DNA of 64,000 nucleotides from Geosiphon pyriformis uo1 (taxonomy: Eukaryota > Fungi > Glomeromycota). The stretch is from assembly GCA_016748015.1 (NCBI GenBank), contig JAAOMT010000144.1, positions 5,809-69,808 of the forward strand, given 5' to 3'. Position 1 is the first letter of the stretch; every line of letters begins with the position of its first letter. Position numbers and translations under genes: made by a program. This document shows positions 12,382 through 23,445 of the stretch, in pieces. Under the pieces are notes generated by a model. The model ran no database searches. It had not been told where the DNA came from and saw only the letters and a program-made list of their open reading frames with translations.

Positions 12382-14000
12382 TAATAAGTACAGCCAAACC
12401 ACTAATACTACAATAAAATTATAAAAATTCTAAAATAAGTGTGGCTTATGTCCTTTCTACAAACAAAATTACTAGAATTAAATACTGTTAAATCAATAAC
12501 ACAAAATAATTAATAATAATATCAAATAATTAGAAATAACATAAAATAGTATAGAATAATACTAAATAATATAAATAATAGTTTATTAGTTAGTTCAAAA
12601 AGCTAAAAGTAAAAATAAAATGTAATTTGAACGTTATGAAAAATAATTTAATATTATAATAGTCTAATAAAAAACTTTAAACAAAAGGATAAAATATTTA
12701 ATTAAAAATAACTATTTTTTTAGGTTATTAGAAAGATAAAAAACAACACCAAATTCTATCAATTTTAATTAAATAGCATAAAATAAATTAAACATTGTTA
12801 TTATCAATTCCTGTATTAATATTAGCAATATTATTATTATAAAAAATATTCTGATATTTCTGTCTTTATAGAAAAACATACAAAAATAAAACATAATAAT
12901 AAATTTAATATAAATTTTCAAATACCAAATATTTTCAAAAATTAATATTATATAAAACACCAAATATTATGATATTTTAATCAGATAATATATTTGTATA
13001 ATATTTAACTGTTTAAATTAATAACAACTCTATTTAATATTAATATACATTCAAGTATTAAAGTTATTGTCTGAAATTTAGCCAATATTAATAACATTAA
13101 ACTATAAATATTTATTTTTATATCCAAATTTAAATCCAAAATATAAGTTAATATACTATGAATAATATTAAAAAAACATATTCTTAACAGATTTATTAAT
13201 ATAAATTGAAACTACTTTTAAACAAGATTTATTTAAGTTAGTTTTAATTATATTAAAACAGTCAAAATTAGACAAACATCAGCAAAATAAAGTACATAGC
13301 ACAAGGAAATTTCTATTTATAAAACCATTTTTTTAATAAAATTCAAGATAAATTAAATCAAATTAGAACTAAATTCTTAAAACTAAGACTTTTCTAATAA
13401 TAGAAGTTCTTTTAATTAAAACAAAAACCGTAACTATCCAGCAACTAATTTGAAAAAGGAATTGCAAACTTTTTAAAAAATCCAATTATCTTATTATGTA
13501 TAGACTAATTTAAAAAATTCAAAATTTGAAGTTTTTTCTAAAAATAAAATATGTTTGGCAAACTATTAGTAAAATAGATACAACATTCCATAAAAAATTT
13601 ATCATATTAGCCAAAAAATTATTTAAAGAACAAACAAAAATTTAATAGAATATTAAAGTAAATTTCATTATACTTAACATAAAACCTGCAAATTTATTAA
13701 TCTATAATTAAAAAGCCTACCAAAAATACTATTAATATTTATAAATATTATCACAGAAGTTATCTTACTCTTAAATTAAATTTGTTTTAAACACATTTGA
13801 ACTGTATAATAATAAATAATACAGAGTTTTTTTTAAAAAAATTTCTAAATAAATTGGTCTTTAATATTAAACTCTTTCTTATTAACAAGTTCTACTTATC
13901 ATATACACTTTTAAAAACAAAACTAAATTGGATTCTATAATTAACTATAAGCTGCAAACTGCCAAAACCAAATAAAAAATTGCTTATCTGAAATAGCTTT
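11300..14000. other. Extremely AT-rich, CpG-depleted block, probably decayed repeat/transposon DNA
   Basis: Almost no CG dinucleotides, A-rich plus strand and no credible ORFs. Shares a short 'ttacagcagttttggcaat'-like motif (~12333) with ~21866 and ~47345 (reverse). Confidence 0.45.
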
Positions 14001-14661
14001 TCTTAATTCAATAAATTCATAAAGAGTACAATCTTTATATGTGCGCTACTAATAAGAGCTTTCCCGAAAAAGGTTATTGAAATACAATTCTAAGAAGCAA
14101 TTAAAGATTAAAACACAAATAGCTACCCCAAATATCAATAAAAACTTCAAAAAACATTATAACTAACTGGACAAAAAAGTCTATTTCGAAAACCCAAAAG
14201 GAGTTTTTGATTCCTTATTTAGTATTCATGATTTCATCAATGTCATTATTTCAACGATAAGAGTAAAATAATTGACCAAAAATAAATTGAAAATAAATTA
14301 TTTTGATAATATTGTTAACTCAAATTTAAATTGGTAATACAGTTAAAGGAATTAATCAGAAATATATTTTAAGTTATAAAAATTGACATTTAAAAAAGAA
14401 AGATTTTATTTATTTTATTTCGATGATTTGAAATTTTTTTTATTTACAAAAACATTATTTATCTGTGAGAATCTATTCTTAGTAGAAACAGCAATCGAAT
14501 ATTTGGATTAGGCTAAAAACCTATATATTCAAATTCTCAAAAAAAAATTATTGAAATCTACCTATGAAACAGAAATGAATAGTATCATAAGAGGAGAAAG
14601 TTTTAAAAATCTAATTCTTTGGCATTAATAAATATTTTTCATTCTCATTTTCATTTTAAGC

Positions 14662-15131
14662 TTAGCTTGTATCGTTTTCGTTAAAGTTACCGTCATTGTT
14701 GTCGTCATTTATTGTTATTGTTTCCATTATTGTTTCCGTTATTAGGCCCAAGGTTATTGTTTCTGTTACGGTTTCCGTTATTTCCACGTTTAACAAAAGC
14801 TCCTTGCAAAAACAGCAATTCATAATAATTTTATGGTTTTATTTGTCCATCGAAGAATCCCAAGTTTCCCACATTGTTGTTACCATTATAGTTTCCATTA
14901 AAGTCTCCAACATTGTTGTTACAATTATTGTTTCCGTTAAAGTCTCCAAAATTGTTGTTACAATTATTGTTTCCGTTAAAGTCTCCAAAATTGTTTTTAC
15001 CATTATAGTTTCCGTTAAAGTCTCCGATATTTCCATTACCATTGTTAGCTTTCTCTTTTTTCGATAGTTGGATACGTAACGACTAAAGATGAAGCTAGGA
15101 AGATGGTGAGACATATGCTTGCTAGAGACAT
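14662..15131 (-). pseudogene. Secreted Asn/Gly-repeat Kex2-type precursor, copy A (disrupted)
   Basis: ATG TCT CTA GCA... gives the signal peptide MSLASICLTIFLASSLVVTYPTIEKRES, then TAA (15045-15047) caused by an 11-nt deletion relative to copy C. Downstream are about four 39-bp units encoding GDFNGN(Y/N)N(G/C)NNN(F/V), a further TAA at 14831-14833 (TAT in B and C), a second KR site (FVKRG) and an N-rich tail. Confidence 0.8.
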
Positions 15132-16228
15132 TTTTGACTGATTATATGATTTTGGGAAGGTTTTAGTTTTTCTAAAGAGTTTTTATCGCTTTATAATATG
15201 AAAGCTTCATATTTTTGAGATGAATTTTTTGGGAGACTCTAGCGAGCTGTTATTTATACTTATTCAACCTCATAGTCAATTTAGTATCCTTATTTCTTCT
15301 AAACCACTAAATTTAGAATTAACTATCTATCGCATTCAAATCTAACCAAATATTAAGCTTGAATTGCTTGTTTTTAATTGGATCAATGATCAATCTAAGA
15401 ATAGCGACCCGGTTTATCAATTATTAATAATGATTTGCCGCGAAATTTAATATTTTCTGAGTAGCCACATTCAATGAAGGTCTTAAATTGAAAATTTCTA
15501 TGCGTAATCAACCAGAAATAAAAAATAAGGTAAGATTTAATATTGTCTGAGTCTTATTCAACTATAGTCTTTCCTTGCCCTACCAGAAAATAAAATAGGA
15601 AGTTACTCACTAAATAGAAGGCTGGGGTAATTTTTAAGCTAATTCAATCCCTTATTATTCACAGCCGAGTAATTGTAACATTTATTTTATTATATATATT
15701 TATTAGTACTTTGAACATTGGGACAAACGGTTATTTCCGATCAATTGAGTAAATATAGTATCTGCGGATGAAAAACTAACAGCGTGGGAAAATGCCGGTT
15801 TTACTTAAAATTTATGGTGTATTTTTATCAAAAAATATATTTTTGCATCTAAATATATTTTTCGACTGAAATTCTAAATTTATGGGCACAAATATGTAGT
15901 CTTCACAGTATATCTCATTTTACTTCTTTTAGAATCGTGAAAGGAAACGTCAAAGCCAACCCTGAGAGTGATTATTGGTAATTTTCAAACTTAAATTAAG
16001 AAGTTTTTATACATGTATTTGGAGCTTGAAATGGAATTCAAGAACAGTAAATGCCTTAAATGTTATATTTGTCAACCAAACTTCAGTAGGTAGGCTTATT
16101 CTGACATTTGATTGAATATAAATGCAAAATCTTCACAATTTAGTTGGCTTCAAAACTATTTAATCCTGCTCCTAGAAATTCAAGATCGCAATTTTCATTC
16201 AAAAATAACCTGGCTCAAATTCTTCAAA

Positions 16229-17743
16229 ATGAAACAAGAATTTCCCACTTTTAACTTTTCAAAAAAACTTTTATCTTCACTCTTCCTAATTTTTCACATA
16301 ATAATTTATTTCTACCCACCCCAAATTGCAGGTCAATGTTTAAAACCCTCAAATGCTGGCACAAAAGAAAATGCTTGTAAATTCATGGCTGATATTAAGC
16401 CAATATTATCTTTAAGGCGACGTCATTCTAGGAAAAATAACAATTCAACCGCAAATTTTAGAAAATCGACAACAAAGATGTTTCAAATAAATTTTAATTG
16501 TGGAATTAAAGATAAAAAATTATGTCAAAAGGCTGAGAATTCATTCGAGGTTGCTGGGAATTATATCACATCAGTACTGACTCTTCAGGTTCCAATTAAG
16601 GTGAATGCAACATTTTATTCATTTTGCGAGGATGATCCAGAAAGTTGCAAGCCTGGTATGAGATCTCTGATTGGTATGTAATATGCACAATATCTCATTT
16701 TTGAGTATTTTTATGATGGCAATAAATTAAATGAAAGCCTAATGCTATAATAAAATATAATAGGAGGCGCATACCCATCGAATTTGATGCCAATGAGAGA
16801 TCAAAGGGACGGCAGAACACGATTTTATCCGCAATCTCTTGTAAAACAATTTAACTTCACAAGACACCGAGAATATACCGAGTTTGATATCGAAGCAATT
16901 TTCAATTCTAATTTTGAGTTCTGGTTCCCGACTGATAATACAACAACTATTAAAACAGGCCAGATTGACTTTTCTTTCGTGGTTCTTCATGAACTCGTCC
17001 ATGGTCTTGGCTTTTATAGCGTTTGGAGGGATCACATCAACGAGGAAAAAAGTCAATGGGAGGCCTTGACTCCAAAGCTATGCCCAGATACTGAGATATC
17101 GTGCGAAAACATCACTTTTGTCGAAAGCGTTTTTGATCAATATATTGAGATCATTCCGGAAAATAACCAACGGTTATCATCATACGTACCATTGTTAAAT
17201 AAATTTTCTAAAGAGAAAGCTGGATCTTTGGAACCATTAGATTTCTATCCCAAATTCAAAGCTTCAATACAATACAAAATTGCCAAAGATCTGTTCAAGT
17301 ATGCCGTACAAAATAAGTCTTTGGCATTTAGACCAGATATTTATTCTACCCAAGTCAGCTCGCACATCATTCTTGAGACAAGCCTAACCCCTTATCAGCC
17401 TACTTCAAGTGTTTTGCACGTAGATAAAACAACTTACGAAAAAACTCTTGATTTTTTGATGATATTTGAATTGTCCCCTGGAAAAACGTTATCAAACTTA
17501 ATAGTCGAAAACGGGGGAGGACCAATTGGACCTAATTTAAAAGCAGTTCTGGAAATGTTAGGGTAATTTATAAGAATTTAATTACGATATGTCGCATGTT
17601 TTCATTCTGAGTCTCGAAATATCATTATTTTGGGTGATGAAATAGTTATTAAAATGATTTCATTTACAAACTATACTTTTACAATTTCTAGATATACTAC
17701 CAAAGAGCAACCAAATCCAAATCATATTCCAACTCCTATTTAG
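16229..17743 (+). CDS. Secreted zinc metalloprotease-like protein (HExxHxxG, metzincin/leishmanolysin-like), 3 exons
   Basis: Exons 16229-16673, 16764-17562, 17692-17743. Hydrophobic N-terminus, basic RRRHSRK pro-site, Cys pairs, 'VVLHELVHGLGF', distal 'SSVLHVD' (candidate third His), 'FLM' Met-turn-like motif, C-terminal 'GPIGPNLKAVLEMLGY'. Confidence 0.8.
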
Positions 17744-18423
17744 TAAAATGGAGAGAGCTTTTTTGTTATTTCTTTATTCCTCAAACTCTGGAAAAGTATA
17801 ATGGGAGGTTTTTATTTTAGGTGTAAAACAAATTGTTATCATAGGGTATATATCAGTTTCATAGAAAACCTGAGAATGTCATTTTATTCCGTTCAAATAA
17901 AATGAACCAATCATATTAACAAACAAATATTCCCAAAGCTCAGAATTAAAAAATTAAATTATCTTTAAGTTCATACCAAAAATTTTTGATTACTCATAAA
18001 TTTACTTCAATCTTTAAGGTATGGGATGTTGTAAACTTTGGCTTTTCAGACCGGAATACCCTAATTTTGAAGAGAATTTCGATTCATGTTTGAAAGAAAA
18101 AAAATAAGAATTCCAATACACCTCTTTTCATCTGCCAATTTAAAGGCTTTAACCCTGGTCGGTCATTATCACAAATCAATCGATCTTCAAATTAGTGTCA
18201 GACCCACCAATCAAGGAAGATCTTATTACTGCAACAATCAATTCAGGAGCTCAATTGTCTCGACGGTCATTTGTGATATGTATTAAATACTTTAAGAAAG
18301 CCGAGATAAGGGGGCAGGATAAAACAATTGATTCCCACATACGTATATTAAAGCGTCGTCTGTTTGACATTTGACTCACAAAAATAATTAAATTGCTTTG
18401 ACAAGTCTTATACTTCGAAATAA

Positions 18424-19497
18424 ATGAACCATAACAATAAACCATCATTATCTACGGGCGAAAACGATTCCTCTTCATCCCATCAAATCGATTTCGTACC
18501 GGATACTACTAACCCACCAGAATGTTATTGTGATTTCGAAGCCATTGCCTGGCGAACAAGTAAAAAAGGGAAGAATTTTGGTCGTTGGTTTTGGCGATGT
18601 CCGAAATTTAGAACAGAAGACGATGATGATAAGTGTAAATTTTTCCAATGGATTGATGAAAATAAACCAGTTCGTTTCTTTTCGTCTCCCAATAATGCCG
18701 AAGAAAATAGTATTGGAAAATCAACTGAACCGATACCAAAAAATTTACAGAATGGTTCTTTTGCTTCCTACTTTCCATCGCTAAAATCATTACAACAAGT
18801 TGTAAAAAGACCGCATAGTGATACCGAATCATCGATTACGATTGAGGATGATAGTGATTCGGAAGAAAATGATTTAGTTTCGATTAATAACAAAGAAACT
18901 TCGTTGTTGGACGCAAGTATTTCTTTAGAGCAGCCATTTAAAAAAGCTCAAAAGCCAAGCCCAGTGACAATTCAAACAAATTTTACTTCATCTACCACTC
19001 AGGGAAATATTTTTATATCAAATTTCAATGGTTACTCGGGAACTCAGCAAAAATCCCGTCCAACCATACACTTTACAACTTCTCAAACAGAACTCTCTTC
19101 AACAACGCAATTACGAGATTTACGCATGCGAACACCACCATTAACTCCAACAAAGTCCATTGCGGCGGCCACCGCCACAATGATCTCTTCCTCATCTCAA
19201 GAAACCTTTAACTCTCACATACCACGCTTCAGTACTCCAGAACTCCTAGAAATCCTGAAAATTCATTTGAATCGGCAAGATTCTGTTGTTGCGGTGCATG
19301 AGCACGAGAAAGCATCTACGCGTGCAGAGTTAGACAAAGCAAAACAGGAAATGGAAGATGCCAGAAACCAGATCGAGTTGTTACATCGGGAGAATAGTTT
19401 GTTGTTACGTGAGATGTCATTGCTGAAAAGAGAGTTGAGTGAAGTTCGAGGCTTAGAGGTAGTGGTGAGAGAAAAGAAAAAGCCACGTAGGATTTAA
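18424..19497 (+). CDS. GRF-type zinc-finger protein with C-terminal coiled coil
   Basis: Single-exon 357-aa ORF. 'PECYC...TSKKGKNFGRWFWRC...CKFFQWID' is a canonical zf-GRF. Ser/Thr-rich middle, heptad-like C-terminus and basic KKKPRR end (possible NLS). Confidence 0.85.
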   Translation: MNHNNKPSLSTGENDSSSSHQIDFVPDTTNPPECYCDFEAIAWRTSKKGKNFGRWFWRCPKFRTEDDDDKCKFFQWIDENKPVRFFSSPNNAEENSIGKSTEPIPKNLQNGSFASYFPSLKSLQQVVKRPHSDTESSITIEDDSDSEENDLVSINNKETSLLDASISLEQPFKKAQKPSPVTIQTNFTSSTTQGNIFISNFNGYSGTQQKSRPTIHFTTSQTELSSTTQLRDLRMRTPPLTPTKSIAAATATMISSSSQETFNSHIPRFSTPELLEILKIHLNRQDSVVAVHEHEKASTRAELDKAKQEMEDARNQIELLHRENSLLLREMSLLKRELSEVRGLEVVVREKKKPRRI

Positions 19498-19915
19498 TCA
19501 ATCTGTTTCAGTCACGTTTTCGAATTTTATAGTTATATTATGCTATAATATCAAAAATATTCAGTGATAATATCTTAAAAAAGTTCAAAAATTCGTGAAA
19601 AATCGATTTAAAAATACCTGAAATTTTTTATGATTCAAATAATTAATTTTCGATAATTACTGGTTTTTAGAAAAATTGTTCCAATTTTAGAATTCATGAA
19701 CAAAGGCTTATAAAATTCTCGTTTTTACATTCAATGTAAATATTTAAAAAAGCACAGGGATCAAAAATTTGCTATCTAATGTTATTTAATTCTAGAAAAC
19801 TTAATTTCTACTCTCCCGGAACTTTTACATCAAATGAATATATGTTGTAGACCCTAAAATCTGTATAATTATCGTTTTTAACCCACGGCTCATCTAATAC
19901 TCAAACCGGATGAGA

Positions 19916-20825
19916 ATGTCTTCCTTTCTTCGCTTCTATAAACACAGCTCTCAGTCGATATCCGATTTTTACACAAGCTTGCGAAACTGGTATTTTCTCT
20001 TAATTCTTTGCTTCCGAACATTAGAAGAATAATTACAATAACCTTTATTATCTTATACCTAAAGGTATCTTATTTGGAGCAGGGGTTTAATTGCACAGCA
20101 AATTATTGAACGAAAAAATGTGTATGATTTTAAAAGAACCGGAAGAATGATAGCTTTCGCTACGATATTGGCGGTAAGCTCACTATCAATTTTGTTTGAT
20201 TCTGAATAGTCTAGCATAGAAATTTCGCTCGAGATCTAACAAATTTGAGTACTAAGACGGTTATCGAAATTGATTTATTCCCAGGGCTCAGCTGTCGCCA
20301 ATTGGTATCGGGTTTTGGACCGTTACGTGACCATCAAAAATCCTAATTATGGTATGTATGAATACATTCTTAGGACTTTTAATGAAGCGTACTTTCAAAA
20401 GTCAACTTCTTTCATGTAGCCTAACTTTTATTCTAATTTCAAAAAAAGCACTTGTAACCCGAGTAGCAATGGATCAAATATTCTTCGCGCCATGCTTCAT
20501 GGGTATATTTTTTATTGCTCAAGGAATTATGGAGGGACAAAAGCTTGAATCGATCAAAAAAAGTTGGAAAAGGTATTTCAAATGTTTCGAATTAATTGTT
20601 TTATGTTCTACCATCTTAACTTATTTGTTCTCATAATAGGGATATCCATCCGCCCTGGTCAACAATTATAAACTCTAGCCGGCAGTCCAACCTATTAACT
20701 TCCGATTAGTGCCCTTGCAACATCGGCTATTAGTTGTTAATACTATAACGTTGGGATGGAACACTTATTTATCATTAATTAATGTTCAGAGCTCGGAGAC
20801 GAATGAAAATTTAATAACTGAATAA
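19916..20825 (+). pseudogene. SYM1: Mpv17/PMP22 family (SYM1-like) pseudogene, 5 exons
   Basis: Reconstructs to MSSFLRFY[fs]NTALSRYPIFTQACET | GILFGAG[fs]LIAQQIIERKNVYDFKRTGRM.. | G.AVANWYRVLD.. | ALVTRVAMDQIFFAP.. [fs] | [47 protein letters not shown]. About three frameshifts, plus TGG->TAG in the conserved WPxxQ motif (~20676). Confidence 0.85.
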
Positions 20826-22350
20826 TTAGAATAATGCAACATACTCAAAAGGAACTTACTTTTATTCTCAAAGTATAATATAAAACTATATTTTATTTTG
20901 AAATAAGCTTTCTTTGTCATAATTTCTGTCATTGCTACATCCATTTTGATATGTTTTAATTGATGAATATTTGAAATTCATAAATATTTTTTGAATTCAT
21001 GAATTCTATGAAAAAGTAAATTTAAGTTTCTCTAAGCGACCTCTTTTTGGAATTCAGATTATTAGAACCAGGTAACATTTTAAAAGAGATTTTTTTTTAG
21101 AAAGTGAACAATTGCATAAAATTTAAATAATATAAATAAAAAATTGTGTATCAAAGATTTGAGAATTTAAAAGAACAGAGTATAAGCTCTGTCACTAGGA
21201 ATAATCCATTTGCAAGAGAAAAAAATTTCCAATTGACACATTTGGTTTTACTGCTGCAAATGTGAAAGATCTTTACAATTGCTTGAAAACTTTTAAACGT
21301 GTTAAAAAAAAAACTTAAAAATATATTTAAATTAATGTTTGATGAGATTAAAAAATAACAGAAATTTTGAATTAATAAAAAACAAGTGTAAATTATTTCA
21401 ATTGTATTGTACAATTTATAAAAATATTTATTAAGAGTTTTTTGATAAATTCATATATTTTATATTGTACATGTAATTTTTGGATTTTATATATACACAT
21501 ATCATTTAGTAAAAAAAAATTTATTTTTTCAAAAAATTAATTGTAACTTTCAGATCGTGTTTTTATTTTAGAATTATTATGTTTTAAATTTATTTTTTCA
21601 TGTTAAAAATTTTAATTATTCAAAATTTTGTTAAAAAACAAAAACGAAAATTTATCCGAATTGGTTATAATTCCCAAAAATAATTAAGATCGTATTTAAA
21701 ATCAAAAACATGCAATTAATAATTTAATTAATTAAACGTAATTTTAAACTAAATTTCAGATATTTTGAAAAATACAAAATATTAATCAAATTAAGAAAAT
21801 TAATAACTAAAAAATGTGCAAAATTATTTATAATAATTATAAGTCATTGTAACAGTTGCAAATAGTTACAGCAGTTTTAGCAATTGCAGTAATTGTAAAG
21901 TCATTTTTATTTAAAATCTGAAGTCTCATTGTTTTTTTTTGTATACAATTATTTCAAAACATGAGTAAAATCAAAAAACAGTTAATATATATATGTTTAA
22001 ATAAAAATAAAATAAAATTCAAGATTTAATATTATAATAATTCTTCAAGTTAGAAGAGCACACTATCAAATAAAATTACAAAAATAAAAAGTAGATAAAT
22101 GAAATTAAGAAATAAATACGAAATGATTAGTCTTAAAATTTCAAATATTTAATTATAAAAATCAAAAATTGTGAAATAATGAATATTTTACAATTAATAT
22201 AATTTTATGTTTCGGTCAACAAATTTTAAAATTAAATATAAATCATTAATTACAAAACAAGTTTCATTAGATTTTAAATAAATTTTATTAATCAAATATA
22301 AAAAAAGAAAACTCTAATTTCTTTCGCATTATGATTTTTTGATTATTATC

Positions 22351-22771
22351 TCAGTTGTTATTTCCATTATTATTTCCATTATTACTACCATGATTGTTTC
22401 CATTATTGTTACCATTATTACTACTATGATTGTTGTTTCCATTATTGTTTCCGCTATAAGATCCAAAATTATTGTTTCCATTGCCATTTCCATTATTAGA
22501 CCCTCGGTTATTGTATCGGTTAAAGTATCCGTTAGAGTACCCGTTGTACCCACGTTTAACAAAACCTCCTTCCAAAAACGGCTGGTATTCATAATAATTA
22601 TATGGTCTTATTTGTCCATCGAAAAATCCAACATTGTTACCATTGTTGTTCCCGTTAAAGTCTCCGATATTTCCATTACCATTGTTAGCTTCCTCTTTTT
22701 TCGATAGTTGGATATGCAATGACCAAAGATGAAGCTAGTAAGATGGTGAGACATATGCTTGCTAGAGGTAT
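22351..22771 (-). pseudogene. Secreted Asn/Gly-repeat Kex2-type precursor, copy B (start lost, frameshifted)
   Basis: Start is ATA CCT where A and C have ATG TCT. The same 11-nt deletion as copy A gives AGC TAA at 22685-22687. The rest is open (NNGNGNIGDFNGNNNGNNVGFFDGQIRPYNYYEYQPFLEGGFVKRGYNGYSNGYFNRYNN...) to TGA at 22351. Confidence 0.85.
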
Positions 22772-23084
22772 TTTTGGCTGATTATATGATTTTGGGAAGG
22801 TTTTAGTTTTTCTAAAGAGTTTTTATCGCTTTGTAAGATGAAAGCTTTATATTTTTGAGTTAAATTTTTGGGAGGCTCTAGCGAGCTGTTATTTATACTG
22901 ATCTGACCTCATAGTCAATTTAGTATCTTTATTTCTTGACAATTAGATTTCTTCTATATCATTAAAGTTAGAATTTACTATCTATCACATTCCAATCTAA
23001 CCAAATATAAAGCTTAAATTACTTGCTTTTTAATTGGATTAATGATCAATTTAAGAATAGGATCCTGTCTATCGAAGATTTGCC

Positions 23085-23445
23085 GCGAAAAGCTAAAAAA
23101 ATAAGGTAACATCTAATAGCACTCAAAATTGTCTTTTATTGACAATTTCCATATGTAGTCAAACGCGCATCAGAAATAAAATACGGTAAGATTTAATTGC
23201 ATTCAATGATTGACAATTCTGTGCGTAGTCAAAAGCGTACCAGAAATAAAAAAAAAGGTAAGATCTAATATTGTTTGGGTAGCGACATTCAATTAGAGTT
23301 TTTCATTGACATCTCTATGTGAAGTCAAACGCGTACGAGAAATAAAAAATAAGGTAAGATTTAATATTTTCCGGGGTAACGACATTCAAATAGAGTTTTT
23401 CATTGATATTTCTATGTGAAGTCAAACGCGTACCAAAAAATAAGA
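23085..23445 (-). promoter_or_regulatory. Imperfect ~70-100 bp tandem repeat (4-5 units) upstream of copy B, with ACGCGT (MCB-like) motifs
   Basis: Recurrent unit 'ttga(c/t)a..tct(a/g)tg(t/c)g(a/t)agtcaaacgcgtac..gaaataaaaaataaggtaagat.taat'. Perfect ACGCGT at 23329-23334 and 23426-23431, variants in the other units. Confidence 0.6.

Noticed and set aside
15040-15062. Programmed +1 frameshift at AGC-TAA rescuing copies A and B
   Set aside because: No canonical slippery site in frame; A has a further stop and B lacks its ATG.
23085-23445. CRISPR-like array
   Set aside because: Eukaryotic context, whole units are homologous (no unique spacers), and no cas genes.
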